Assembly: GCA_036677065.1 (NCBI GenBank)
Contig: JAKFBS010000003.1
Location: forward strand, 64,001 to 128,000
Source of the DNA: Bdellovibrio sp.
GTDB lineage: Bacteria > Bdellovibrionota > Bdellovibrionia > Bdellovibrionales > Bdellovibrionaceae
Length of the DNA stretch: 64,000 nt
Direction: 5' to 3'
Shown: in pieces, positions 1 through 9,855 of the stretch
Position numbering within the stretch: the stretch's first letter is position 1
Layout: each line of letters begins with the position of its first letter
Program-made: the position numbers and the translations under genes
Notes under the pieces: model-generated
The model's input: only the letters and a program-made list of their open reading frames with translations
The model's database searches: none
What the model was told of the DNA's origin: nothing

Positions 1-19
1 AGCTAAGGAGTTATAGACG

Positions 20-487
20 ATGGATAAGATGAAACTGGCGAACAGTTTAAGTCGCATAGATAATCTGATTCCGAAGGCGCCTAGCGAGATCAAGAATGAT
101 AAAAACATTCAGGGTGGAGCAACAGGTACGCAAGAGTCAGGTTCGTTCAAGGAGACGTTAGAAGGCTTGATTGCCAACACTCCAGCACAGGAACCAGCGA
201 AAGCAGGTCAACTGGCAAAGAGTGAAGCAGCAGGTGGTCTAAAGTTTTCGAATCACGCGATCGAGCGTATGCAATCAAGAGGGATCAGTTATGATCCGGC
301 AAGATTAGCAAAGCTTGATGAAGCTGTGAAGAAGGCCGCAGCTAAAGGATCAAAAGATACTTTGGTTTTGATGGACGACTCAGCAGCGATCGTGAGTGTT
401 AAAAATAACACTGTGGTGACAGTGATGGATAAAAACAATTTGAAAGAAAATGTTTTTACCAACATCGACAGCACTATTGTTATCTAG
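20..487 (+). CDS. Flagellar operon protein (TIGR02530-like)
   Basis: C-terminal LKFSNHAIERMQSRGI...IVSVKNNTVVTVMD...NVFTNIDS signature; directly upstream of flgE; RBS AAGGAG. Confidence 0.9.
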   Translation: MDKMKLANSLSRIDNLIPKAPSEIKNDKNIQGGATGTQESGSFKETLEGLIANTPAQEPAKAGQLAKSEAAGGLKFSNHAIERMQSRGISYDPARLAKLDEAVKKAAAKGSKDTLVLMDDSAAIVSVKNNTVVTVMDKNNLKENVFTNIDSTIVI

Positions 488-506
488 TTTTTAGATAAAG
501 ATTTTA

Positions 507-601
507 AAGGGCTGGTCCTCCTAGAGGGGGCCCTTCAGAAACAAACTTGCTCGACTAGCAAGTTTGAGAAAACAAACGATCTAAGAAATGATTTCTTAGA
601 T
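507..601 (+). promoter_or_regulatory. Three tandem hairpins in flgE leader, candidate cis-regulatory RNA
   Basis: AAGGGC..CCTC/GAGG..GCCCTT (507-535); CAAACTTGCT-CGACT-AGCAAGTTTG (542-566); ATCTAAGAAA-TGA-TTTCTTAGAT (579-601). Confidence 0.5.
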
Positions 602-620
602 TAAAAACATGGAGGTTATC

Positions 621-1910
621 ATGGGAGTTCTATCGTCAATGTGGACTGGTATCACTGGTCTTCAAGCTAACGGCGAAGCAATGGGCGTAACTGCAGACAA
701 CATTGCAAATTCAAACACAATCGGTTTCAAAGCATCAAGAGCAGAGTTTTCTGATGTGATGTCACGCTCATTAAAGGGTATCGACGGCGGTAACCAAATG
801 GGTCGCGGTGTTCGTATTCAGTCAATCACTCCTCTTATGTCTCAAGGTAATCTAGATAACACCGATCGTTCAACTGACTTAGCTGTAAATGGTAACGGAT
901 TTTTTACTTTAAAAGGAACTGAAGGAACAACGTATTCACGTGATGGATCTTTCAAATTCGATAAAGCTGGCTTACTTGTAAATAACTCTGGTCAAAGAGT
1001 TCAGGGTTTCCAAGCTGATGAAAAAGGTAAAATTGAAAATAAAGTAAGCGACATCAAATTCCCGCGTGCATTAGTTAATGCTTCTGCAACGAAAGAATTA
1101 AAACTTGATCTTAACTTAGATTCAAGAAACGTAGCGAACTCGAAAACTTTCGATGCAAAAGATCCATACAAAACTTCTCACTACTCTACAGCGGTTGAGA
1201 TGTTCGATTCTCAGGGTAATAAACATTTATTAAATTTATTCTTTAACAAAGGCGAAGACCGCACATGGTCATTCAAAGGTTTAGTCGACGGTAAAGAAGT
1301 ATCCGATGCTCCAGAAGGGCAAGATTTAGCACAAGTTCTTGAAGGTAAATTACAATTTACTGAAGATGGTAAATTGCAATCTCAAGAAGTTACAAATTCT
1401 GCTTTAAATTTCAAAGGCGGAGCTAAACAAGATCAACAAATCAAACTTAACTTTGGTGATGATTTAGCTTCTGGTGGTAAAGGTATCGACGGAACAAAAC
1501 AGTTCGGTAAAGATTCAGATGTAATTGCTTGGTCACAAGATGGTTACGCTGCAGGTACGGTAACTGGTTTATCATTCAATGATGAAGGTGTATTAACAGC
1601 TTCATACTCGAATGGTCAGGTTTTAGATTTAGCGCAGATCGCACTGGCTAAATTCGAAGCTCCGGAAGCTTTATTCAAAATCGGTGGCAACATGTTCAAA
1701 GAATCTCGCGATTCTGGCGCAGCAGCTGTCGGTGGTCCTCGTATGGCGGGCCGTGGTTCGGTGATGGCGAAATCACTTGAGCGTTCAACGGTGGATCTGG
1801 CGTCTGAGTTCGTAAGCATGATTACGAATCAAAGAGCGTTCCAAGCCAATTCAAAAACAATCACAACGTCAGATGAATTACTGAACGAAGTGATCCAATT
1901 AAAACGATAA
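621..1910 (+). CDS. flgE: Flagellar hook protein
   Basis: ADNIANSNTIGFKASR N-terminus, YSRDGSF, LERSTVDLASEF..QRAFQANSK C-terminus; start moved to ATG 621 after GGAGG. Confidence 0.95.
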   Translation: MGVLSSMWTGITGLQANGEAMGVTADNIANSNTIGFKASRAEFSDVMSRSLKGIDGGNQMGRGVRIQSITPLMSQGNLDNTDRSTDLAVNGNGFFTLKGTEGTTYSRDGSFKFDKAGLLVNNSGQRVQGFQADEKGKIENKVSDIKFPRALVNASATKELKLDLNLDSRNVANSKTFDAKDPYKTSHYSTAVEMFDSQGNKHLLNLFFNKGEDRTWSFKGLVDGKEVSDAPEGQDLAQVLEGKLQFTEDGKLQSQEVTNSALNFKGGAKQDQQIKLNFGDDLASGGKGIDGTKQFGKDSDVIAWSQDGYAAGTVTGLSFNDEGVLTASYSNGQVLDLAQIALAKFEAPEALFKIGGNMFKESRDSGAAAVGGPRMAGRGSVMAKSLERSTVDLASEFVSMITNQRAFQANSKTITTSDELLNEVIQLKR

Positions 1911-1971
1911 TTTAATTAAGATGAGCGGTTGAAAGACCGCTCGTTCTTAGAAATAGAACCAACACTCCATT

Positions 1972-2005
1972 AAAACGGCGAGCGATTAGTCACGTTCGCT
2001 GTTTT
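1972..2005. terminator. Bidirectional intrinsic terminator between flgE and livF
   Basis: AAAACGGCGAGCG...CGTTCGCTGTTTT stem-loop between convergent genes. Confidence 0.6.
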
Positions 2006-2023
2006 AGCTATTTGTGCAAATGA

Positions 2024-2746
2024 CTATGAAAGATAAGCTTCCTGTACGCGAGAATCTTTTAATAAAGCCTCACCAGTTCCATTCAACGTCATAGTGCCTG
2101 TTTCAAGAACATAGGCGTAATCAGAAACTTCTAAAGCTAAACTTGCATTTTGTTCGACAACTAATAATCCAAGCCCTTGTTTTTTCAACATCACAAATTT
2201 ATCAAAGATCTGCTCAACGATAACCGGTGCTAAACCTAACGAAGGTTCATCTAACATTAAAAATTCAGGTTCGCTCATTAATGCTCTGGCAATAGCTAAC
2301 ATTTGCTGTTCGCCACCCGATAATGTTCCCGACAGCTGGTTACGGCGTTCAGCTAATTTAGGGAATAATTCATATTGTTGTTCAACAAGTTCCAGAATTT
2401 TTTTAGAATCTTTATTAAGGTAAGCCCCTAACATTAAATTATCGCGCACAGATAGATTCGGAAATACACCGCGACCTTCAGGGCATAACGCAAGTTTTGC
2501 TCGTAAACGATCTGCAGGAGTCATTTTCGTAATATCGATATGAATGCTGCCGTTATCTAAGGTAATTTTACCATTTTTTGCCGGCAACAAACCTGCAATA
2601 CATTTTAAGGTCGACGTTTTACCGGCACCGTTTGCGCCGATTAAGGTGGTGATTTGGCTACGTTTAAATTCAAAACTAATTTCTTTAACCGCTTTGATAT
2701 TTCCGTAATTAATAGCTAGATGTTCAATTTTAATTTTAGCAGCCAT
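2024..2746 (-). CDS. livF: Branched-chain amino acid ABC transporter ATPase
   Basis: GANGAGKT Walker A, LSGGEQQM, LDEPSLGLAP. Confidence 0.93.
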   Translation of the reverse strand: MAAKIKIEHLAINYGNIKAVKEISFEFKRSQITTLIGANGAGKTSTLKCIAGLLPAKNGKITLDNGSIHIDITKMTPADRLRAKLALCPEGRGVFPNLSVRDNLMLGAYLNKDSKKILELVEQQYELFPKLAERRNQLSGTLSGGEQQMLAIARALMSEPEFLMLDEPSLGLAPVIVEQIFDKFVMLKKQGLGLLVVEQNASLALEVSDYAYVLETGTMTLNGTGEALLKDSRVQEAYLS

Positions 2747-3525
2747 TAATGAGACCTTTTTCCTAAGTAGGCTTCAATCACTGAAGGATTAGCTTTAATT
2801 TCGGCAGGAACGCCTTCAGCGATCTTAACACCACGATTTAATACCACGATACGTTCGCAAATTGACATCACAAGCTTCATGTCATGTTCGATTAATAAAA
2901 CAGTTAAGTTGAATTTATCTTTTACGAAGTGAATTAATTTTTTCAAATCATCAGTTTCTTGGTGATTCATGCCTGCTGCAGGTTCATCTAAGATTAACAG
3001 CGTGGGTTTAGTTGCTAATGCGCGCACAATTTCAAGTTTTCGCTGTAAACCGTAGGGAAGATTGCACGATAATTCTTCGGCTAAGTGATCAAGACTGAAG
3101 ATTTTTAAAAGTTCTAAAGAACGGTCTTTTAAGATTTGTTCTTTTTCTATGTAACTTTTGGTGCGAAATAAACTTTCAAACCAGCCGAGTGTTTCAGTCT
3201 GTTGCATCGCCAATAAAACATTTTCTAAAACTGATAATTTACCAAACAGGCGGATATTCTGAAAGGTACGGGCAATGCCGGCTTTATTAACTTTATCCGG
3301 AGAAAATTCGTTAATAACTTCTTCGCGAAGTTTCATGGTTCCCGAATCGGCTCGGTAAAAGCCCGAGATCATATTGAACACTGTTGTTTTGCCGGCGCCA
3401 TTCGGGCCAATGAGGCCTAATAATTCATGTTCATTAATATGAAAACTGACCTGATCAACGGCTTTGATACCGCCGAAGCTTAAGTTTAAATTTTCAACTG
3501 ATAACATCTTAACTGGAGTACTCAT
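2746..3525 (-). CDS. livG: Branched-chain amino acid ABC transporter ATPase
   Basis: GPNGAGKT, ARTFQNIRLF, LPYGLQR, LDEPAAG. Confidence 0.93.
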   Translation of the reverse strand: MSTPVKMLSVENLNLSFGGIKAVDQVSFHINEHELLGLIGPNGAGKTTVFNMISGFYRADSGTMKLREEVINEFSPDKVNKAGIARTFQNIRLFGKLSVLENVLLAMQQTETLGWFESLFRTKSYIEKEQILKDRSLELLKIFSLDHLAEELSCNLPYGLQRKLEIVRALATKPTLLILDEPAAGMNHQETDDLKKLIHFVKDKFNLTVLLIEHDMKLVMSICERIVVLNRGVKIAEGVPAEIKANPSVIEAYLGKRSH

Positions 3526-4454
3526 TAGAATAACTCCTTACGGCCTAATAAGCCCTGTGGTCTAAGGATCATAAGTAGGATCAACAAGATTGGAAATACG
3601 ATCATACGAATATCAATGCCACCAGTAGGCAGCGAACGAAGAATTTCAGGCAGTGCCGTTAAAATTCCGGCAGCTAATACCGAGCCTGACATTGAACCAA
3701 GACCGCCAAGCACAGCAAAAATTAGAATTTGTACAGACATTAAAAAACCAAAAGAGGCCGGGCTGATATAGCCAAGCTGATGACCAAAAAGTGCTCCGCC
3801 AAGGCCAGCAAAAAAGCTTGAAAATAAAAAGGCGTAACGTTTATTTTTAGCAATCGGAGTGCCCATGACTTCGGCCGCAATTTCATCTTCATTGAGTGCC
3901 CAAAGATTTCTGCCGAACCAAGAAATTTTTAAATGATATAAAACTAAGAACGTGATGAATAAGAAAAAACCTGTCATTGCGTAAGAAATTGAAAAATCAG
4001 GCCATTTAACGATCGCATTAAAGCCCCGCGGCCCGCCAACGTAATCCCAGTTTAAGAATAAGACCCGAACGATTTCGGCAAAACCCATAGTGACGATCGC
4101 TAAATAATCGCCGCGAAGTTTAAATGACGGAAGTGCCACTAAATATCCCGCAGCCGTTGCCACAATCGCCCCCGCAAGTGCTGTTACAGGAATAAAGTAC
4201 CATTGATCAGCTAAAAACATTTTGGTTAATACAGCTGAAGTGTAAGCCCCTAAAGCCATGAAGCCGGCGTGGCCTAACGAAAATTGATTGGCAACACCAG
4301 TAATAAAATTCAGTGATAAAGCCATAATCGCATTGATCATGAAACTAATGACTAAGGCCTGAATATACGAATTCAAAGCATATTGGCAAATCACACCAAT
4401 AACTACGAATGAAATTACAAATAAAGCTAATTTATTTTTCGCAATAAAGTTCAT
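3525..4454 (-). CDS. livM: Branched-chain amino acid ABC transporter permease
   Basis: SLGHAGF, LRGDYLAIVT, multiple TM segments. Confidence 0.9.
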   Translation of the reverse strand: MNFIAKNKLALFVISFVVIGVICQYALNSYIQALVISFMINAIMALSLNFITGVANQFSLGHAGFMALGAYTSAVLTKMFLADQWYFIPVTALAGAIVATAAGYLVALPSFKLRGDYLAIVTMGFAEIVRVLFLNWDYVGGPRGFNAIVKWPDFSISYAMTGFFLFITFLVLYHLKISWFGRNLWALNEDEIAAEVMGTPIAKNKRYAFLFSSFFAGLGGALFGHQLGYISPASFGFLMSVQILIFAVLGGLGSMSGSVLAAGILTALPEILRSLPTGGIDIRMIVFPILLILLMILRPQGLLGRKELF

Positions 4455-4456
4455 AA

Positions 4457-5359
4457 CTAGATTTTCTCTTTGGCTTTAGTGCCCATAAGACCTGTTGGCT
4501 TAACTAGTAAAATTAAAATCAGTAACATAAACGATAAAGCTTCTTTGTAAGTCGAAGCGCCGTAACCGATAAGATAATATTCGCCAAGACCTAAAATATA
4601 GCCGCCAAGAACAGCTCCGGGTAATGAACCGATACCGCCGAATACGGCAGCGACGAAAGCGCTGGTTCCAATTTTCACACCCATCATTGGATCAATTTTC
4701 GGGTATTTCATCGCCACAAGAACTGCGGCTACACCGGCTAAAACTGAGCCGACAACAAAAGTAAAAGAAATAATTTTATTAATGTTAATTCCCATTAAAG
4801 GCGCCATATCTGGGCGTGAACTCACGGCTTGCATGGCGCGGCCAGTTTGGGTTTTGCCAATTAAAAAGCTTAACGACACTAATGAGATGATCGTCACCAG
4901 ATAGATAATGATATCTAACAAGCGCACCGAGATATCCATGAAGTTAAAAATCTCGGCATCGACCATTAATTGTGGAAATGATTTTGGATTTACACCAAAT
5001 ACGATTTGTCCGCCGAATTCAAAAAGAATACTTACGCCAATCGCCGTGATTAAAACATTCATCTTAGGTGAATTACGTAAGGGCTTATAGGCAAGCTTTT
5101 CAACTAAAAAGCCCACAAGGCCTGAAAATAACATCGCCGCCAGCAAACCTATTGCGAAAGTAATTGGGCTTGGGCTTTCACCTAATTTTAAAAAGTTAAT
5201 GAAATAAAACGTACCGAAAGCACCCATCATGTAGATATCAGAATGGGCAAAGTTAATCATAGCAAGAATTCCGTACACCATCGTATATCCTAGGGCGATG
5301 AGGGCGTAAACGCTGCCAAAGCTAAGGCCATTTAACGTATGTTGTAGAAATTCCTGCAT
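4457..5359 (-). CDS. livH: Branched-chain amino acid ABC transporter permease
   Basis: YALIALGYTMVYG, INFAH, AVFGGIGS; ATG 5359 preferred. Confidence 0.92.
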   Translation of the reverse strand: MQEFLQHTLNGLSFGSVYALIALGYTMVYGILAMINFAHSDIYMMGAFGTFYFINFLKLGESPSPITFAIGLLAAMLFSGLVGFLVEKLAYKPLRNSPKMNVLITAIGVSILFEFGGQIVFGVNPKSFPQLMVDAEIFNFMDISVRLLDIIIYLVTIISLVSLSFLIGKTQTGRAMQAVSSRPDMAPLMGININKIISFTFVVGSVLAGVAAVLVAMKYPKIDPMMGVKIGTSAFVAAVFGGIGSLPGAVLGGYILGLGEYYLIGYGASTYKEALSFMLLILILLVKPTGLMGTKAKEKI

Positions 5360-5379
5360 TATCAACTCCTGTTGAAAGA

Positions 5380-6516
5380 TTACTGAGGTGTTACGCTTGT
5401 TACGAATTTGTATTCAGGGCCCTGAACACGAACAACAACAGCACTTTTAACCGCATCACGGCTTTCGTTCATAGTAATTGTTCCAGTTACACCATGAAAG
5501 TTTTTAATGCCAGCTAAACCTGCACGAATATTTTCTGGTGTAATTTCTTTAGCCGTTTTCATCGCTTCAGCCATCATGTAAGTTGCATCATAAGCAAGAG
5601 CTGCCATTACGTCTGCATCTTCATTGTACTTAGCTTTAAAGTTTTTTACGAACTCAACAGTTTTAGGATCAGTTGATTCAGTCGTGTAGTGGTTAGAAAA
5701 GTAAGATCCGTTGATTGCGTCTTTAGCAATTTTGAAAAGATCTGGAGAAGACCAACCGTCGCCGCCTAATAGAGGTTGGTTCATACCTAACTCTTTAGCT
5801 TGGCGAGCGATAAGCGCCACTTCATTGTAGTAACCAGGAACAAAAATAGCGTCTGGTTTTTTACCCTTAATAGAAGCTAACTGAGATTTAAAATCTACAT
5901 CACCTTCTTGGTAAGCGATATCATCAACGATTTCGCCGCCGGCTTTAATTAATTCAGCTTTGAAAACATCTGATAAACCCACAGAGTAATCACTTTTTAC
6001 GTCACGTAAAATAGCTGCTTTTTTCATTTTTAAATCGTTAACCATGAATTTAGCCATAACTAAACCTTGGAATGGATCGATAAAACAAGCACGGAAGATG
6101 TAGTTTCCAACTTTAGTGACTTCTGGATTTGTTGCAGAAGAAGTTAACATTGGAATTTTGTGTTCTTGAGCAACTTGCGCGCCGATTTTTGAACGGCCAG
6201 AAGTCGCTTCACCGATGATAGCTACAACTTTATCCTGAGAGATTAAACGGTTAACCACAGCTAAAGTTTCAGAATTATCAGATTTGTTATCGTAGTTGAT
6301 GTGTTTGATCATTTTGCCGTTGATACCGCCAGCAGCATTGATTTCATTGATCGCCATCTCGATACCGCGCATTTGGTAAACACCAAAAGTCGCCGTTGCG
6401 CCCGTGTTAGAACTGTAGCTTCCTAATAAAATTTCGTTTTTGTTTTCTTCTTTTTTTGTGCAACCAACAAATGCAAGCAATGCTGCAATTGAAAGTAATG
6501 AGAACATGTTTTTCAT
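5380..6516 (-). CDS. livK: Branched-chain amino acid ABC substrate-binding lipoprotein (LivK/LivJ family)
   Basis: Lipobox FVGC, EINAAGGING, GGDGW; first gene of the liv operon. Confidence 0.85.
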   Translation of the reverse strand: MKNMFSLLSIAALLAFVGCTKKEENKNEILLGSYSSNTGATATFGVYQMRGIEMAINEINAAGGINGKMIKHINYDNKSDNSETLAVVNRLISQDKVVAIIGEATSGRSKIGAQVAQEHKIPMLTSSATNPEVTKVGNYIFRACFIDPFQGLVMAKFMVNDLKMKKAAILRDVKSDYSVGLSDVFKAELIKAGGEIVDDIAYQEGDVDFKSQLASIKGKKPDAIFVPGYYNEVALIARQAKELGMNQPLLGGDGWSSPDLFKIAKDAINGSYFSNHYTTESTDPKTVEFVKNFKAKYNEDADVMAALAYDATYMMAEAMKTAKEITPENIRAGLAGIKNFHGVTGTITMNESRDAVKSAVVVRVQGPEYKFVTSVTPQ

Positions 6517-6632
6517 TGAGACCTTCCTTTAGGGTAATTAAACCGTTTAACTTAAGTAATTTGTTTTCAACAAACTGTATTCATTAATTTGTCGACTAAC
6601 TGTAATCTAATTATTTAACGGTTTAATTTAAC

Positions 6633-7601
6633 CTAAACAGAGAGTATTCTGGCAAGCTGAATCAGAGTGGTGTCACCACGTTTTTCATTCTGGGCAACTT
6701 GTTCCAAAGGAAGCTCCACTAATTTATTTCCAAGTGTTCCAACCATCAAATTAGTTTTTCCGCTCAGTAAAGCAGCGACGGCTTCAGAACCCAAGCGGGA
6801 AGCCAGTATCCGGTCGTGCGCCGTAGGGCTGCCGCCGCGCTGTTGATGGCCTAAAATGCAAACTTTGGCATCAAGATTTGATTTTTTGCGAATAGCTTCA
6901 GCTAAATCATAACCACGCCCGGGTTTTTGTCCTTCGGCGGTGATTAAGATACTGCTGGTTTTGCCTTTCGCTCGAGATTCGCGCAGTTTTTCCACAATTT
7001 TATCAACACTGACAACGTTTTCGGCGGTCAAAATCTCTTCGGCTCCTCCGGCCAAACCCACGGCAGACGCGATAAAGCCAGAATTTCTTCCCATCACTTC
7101 AACGATAAAAATGCGGTCATGCGAATCGGCAGTATCACGGATTTTATCAATGGCATCCAGGGCGGTATTGACCGCGGTATCAAAACCAATCGTGTCATCT
7201 ACGCCGTAAACGTCGTTATCAATTGTGCCGGCAATGCCGATCACAGGAATTTTATGTTCGGCAAAGAGGGCTTGAGCCCCGCGAAAAGATCCATCACCGC
7301 CAATGCAGATCAACCCTTCGATGCCGGCTTTTCGTAAATTTTCTGCAGCAATTGCGCGGTATTCAGGCTTCATAAATTCGGCTGATCTGCCGGTCTTTAA
7401 AATGGTTCCGCCCCGTTGAACGATGTTGGCCATATCTCGGGGAGCCAAGGTCACCATTTTATTTTCAAGCATGCCGACGTAACCACTTAAAATTCCTACG
7501 ATTTCAACATTTTTGCTATGGGCAGTTCGAACTACTGCGCGAATGGCAGCATTCATTCCGGGAGCATCTCCACCACTGGTGTAAACAGCTATTTTCTTCA
7601 T
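6633..7601 (-). CDS. pfkA: ATP-dependent 6-phosphofructokinase
   Basis: TSGGDAPGMNAA, GGDGS, TIDND, EVMGR; start at ATG 7601 (MKKIAV). Confidence 0.95.
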   Translation of the reverse strand: MKKIAVYTSGGDAPGMNAAIRAVVRTAHSKNVEIVGILSGYVGMLENKMVTLAPRDMANIVQRGGTILKTGRSAEFMKPEYRAIAAENLRKAGIEGLICIGGDGSFRGAQALFAEHKIPVIGIAGTIDNDVYGVDDTIGFDTAVNTALDAIDKIRDTADSHDRIFIVEVMGRNSGFIASAVGLAGGAEEILTAENVVSVDKIVEKLRESRAKGKTSSILITAEGQKPGRGYDLAEAIRKKSNLDAKVCILGHQQRGGSPTAHDRILASRLGSEAVAALLSGKTNLMVGTLGNKLVELPLEQVAQNEKRGDTTLIQLARILSV

Positions 7602-7676
7602 ATGGCACCTCTTTTTTACTGACGGACACCCTATGATTTTGTTAGGTTGCGGCTCAAATATCAAGAGGGGATTCCA

Positions 7677-8498
7677 ATGTTCAAAAACATATCTGCTTTA
7701 TTAGCGGTAGCTGCACTTCTAAATTTCACAGCATGTCAAAAAAACGTAAGCGCGATCTATGATAACAACGCTGAAACAGCGAAAATTCTTGGCGGCGAAG
7801 TTGTTCAGCCAAGCGATATCGTAGCCAATTCAACGGTAGCTTTAAAGTACATCGAAGGTAACAACGCCTATGCAATGTGTACCGGAACATTAATTTCTCC
7901 AAATTTAGTATTAACAGCAGCGCACTGCTTACGTGGTATGAACAAAAACTCAATTCGCGTGGCTTTCTCAATTAACGTAATCGATACGTTAGACACTGAA
8001 ACAATGTTCGAATTAGCAGATTTTCAAATTCACCCAAAATACGGCACGAACAGACTTAACGATGTGGCTTTAATCGCCTTAGCGAAAGCTGCTCCTGCTC
8101 CTTACAAACCAGTTTCTATCATCAGTGCTAACTACCAATTAACAGTAGGTATGCCGATGTTACTTGCGGGTTACGGCGTAACTGATGATTTAACAGGTAA
8201 AGACACTGAAGCCTTACGTAAAGTAACAGTGCCAATGGCAAAAATCTTAGACGTAGACGCGATCTTAGTAACTGATCAAACTAAAGCTACTGGCGCTTGT
8301 AACGGTGATTCTGGCGGCCCGGCATACTTAGAAAAAGATGGTGTGTTATACGTTTATGGTATCACCCGCGGTCCTCATGATGGCGCTCCAGATTGCCATC
8401 ACTTCGGTGAATACACTTATGCTTCTAAGTTTGAAACTTTCATCTTAGAAACAGCAGCTTTACTAAAAACTGAAGCTCCGTCTTTTGTTGTGCCGTAG
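7677..8498 (+). CDS. Secreted trypsin-like (S1) serine protease lipoprotein
   Basis: Lipobox FTAC, ILGG mature N-terminus, LTAAHC, NDVAL, CNGDSGGP; ATG 7677 after GAGGGG. Confidence 0.93.
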   Translation: MFKNISALLAVAALLNFTACQKNVSAIYDNNAETAKILGGEVVQPSDIVANSTVALKYIEGNNAYAMCTGTLISPNLVLTAAHCLRGMNKNSIRVAFSINVIDTLDTETMFELADFQIHPKYGTNRLNDVALIALAKAAPAPYKPVSIISANYQLTVGMPMLLAGYGVTDDLTGKDTEALRKVTVPMAKILDVDAILVTDQTKATGACNGDSGGPAYLEKDGVLYVYGITRGPHDGAPDCHHFGEYTYASKFETFILETAALLKTEAPSFVVP

Positions 8499-8547
8499 GC
8501 GCACCGAATTTTGGTCCTAAGTAATTGATATTTTAAATTGATATTCG

Positions 8548-8580
8548 AAAAGCCGGGTTAGAAATAACCGGGCTTTTTTT
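8548..8580 (+). terminator. Intrinsic terminator
   Basis: AAAAGCCGGGTTA-GAAA-TAACCGGGCTTTTTTT. Confidence 0.8.
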
Positions 8581-8706
8581 ACGCCTAAAGCCTGTCGACC
8601 CTGTTTACAGATAAAGAATTCACGAACTCTAACTGCTTAAAATTCCAAGCAAAACTGAGCTGTGACACAGTAATTATCGCCGGTGTCATAATAGCTAAAT
8701 AAATTA

Positions 8707-8722
8707 TGGTATAGATTTCGCT
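8707..8722 (+). promoter_or_regulatory. Sigma54 promoter candidate
   Basis: TGGTATAGATTTCGCT, GG-N10-GC, ~30 nt upstream of ATG 8751. Confidence 0.55.
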
Positions 8723-8750
8723 GGGGATTAAATAAACCAGGGGGAATTCT

Positions 8751-9635
8751 ATGAAAACTAAGTTGATCGCATGTGCCATGATAGCTACTTTTTGCAGTCA
8801 GTTCGCGGTAGCACAATTACATAATATCGGGATGTTAAATAACGATAATATTCTTGTGCAAAACTCTTTAACTGAGGTTGAAGCCGCTCACCAACAAACT
8901 CGTATTCTGTTTCAAACAGCAACGACGAATGATCAAAAAGAAAGACTTCGTTATGTGAACGATCGTCTTGATCGCGCCGAAAATTTATTGCGCCAAGTGC
9001 TTGCGCAACCACAACCGCCGACTCATCCGCAACCGCCGCCGTACCAACCACCACACCCACAACCAGGTGATCAGGTTGAAATGTTTAAATCTGATAGCTG
9101 TAACGGTTCATTAGTTGGAATCGTTAATCCAGGAACGAACTGCCAATCTTATTCAGGTGCCGCAGCTGTTTGGGCGATTAAAGTTAACGGTAAATGTATG
9201 GATACTTTAGACATGAATGCAGCACAAGCTTGCGAAACCTTTAAAGGTGCGGGTAACCCGAACACTTTAAAAACTTACAAAGCTGATAGCTGTAACGGAA
9301 GTTTATCTGCAGTGATTTCAACACATACAAACTGTGAGTCATTATCTACTGATAGTTCTGCGTGGGCAGTAAATATCGGTGGAGTATGTAAAGACATGGT
9401 TGATACATCTCCGAAGATGGCTTGTCGTTCGCTTCGTGGTGCCGCTTCGCCAAATAACGTTGAGATTTATAAATCAGATAGCTGCAATGGTTCGCTAGTT
9501 GCTATTGTTGATCGTTACACTCAATGTCACAGCTTATCAGGCATGGCTCAAGCATGGGCTGTGAAAATCAACGGACAATGTCAGGACATCAGCGATACAG
9601 ATATCGTATCTGCTTGTGACCGTTTCAAGCCATAG
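8751..9635 (+). CDS. Secreted protein with Pro-rich linker and three Cys-rich repeats
   Basis: Signal peptide; PQPP linker; three repeats starting K(S/A)DSCNGSL with a WA(I/V)x(V/I)xGxC motif. Confidence 0.85.
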   Translation: MKTKLIACAMIATFCSQFAVAQLHNIGMLNNDNILVQNSLTEVEAAHQQTRILFQTATTNDQKERLRYVNDRLDRAENLLRQVLAQPQPPTHPQPPPYQPPHPQPGDQVEMFKSDSCNGSLVGIVNPGTNCQSYSGAAAVWAIKVNGKCMDTLDMNAAQACETFKGAGNPNTLKTYKADSCNGSLSAVISTHTNCESLSTDSSAWAVNIGGVCKDMVDTSPKMACRSLRGAASPNNVEIYKSDSCNGSLVAIVDRYTQCHSLSGMAQAWAVKINGQCQDISDTDIVSACDRFKP

Positions 9636-9664
9636 TATTTAAAATTTAAATATTACGAAAATTG

Positions 9665-9700
9665 AAAAAAGTCTGGTTAGAAATAACCGGGCTTTTTTTT
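9665..9700 (+). terminator. Intrinsic terminator, near-copy of 8548-8580
   Basis: AAAAAAGTCTGGTTA-GAAA-TAACCGGGCTTTTTTTT. Confidence 0.8.
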
Positions 9701-9715
9701 GCTTATTTTCCGACG

Positions 9716-9754
9716 CTCAGGGTTTGGGATAACAATGTAATCCCAAACCCTGAG
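9716..9754. repeat. Perfect 15-bp inverted repeat (REP-like hairpin)
   Basis: CTCAGGGTTTGGGAT-N9-ATCCCAAACCCTGAG. Confidence 0.75.
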
Positions 9755-9790
9755 TGCGGTTTTAGCGTCATGATTTTTTTTAGTACAAAT

Positions 9791-9820
9791 AAAAAAGGCC
9801 TGGTTTCTCAACCAAGCCTT
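9791..9820 (-). terminator. Terminator of HU gene
   Basis: Minus strand AAGGCTTGGTT-GAGA-AACCAGGCCTTTTTT. Confidence 0.75.
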
Positions 9821-9855
9821 AATTCTATATTTGGAAATCTATTAATTAAATAAAA

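Noticed and set aside
9662..9853. 63-aa ORF
   Set aside because: Runs through two terminators and a hairpin; TTG start with no RBS
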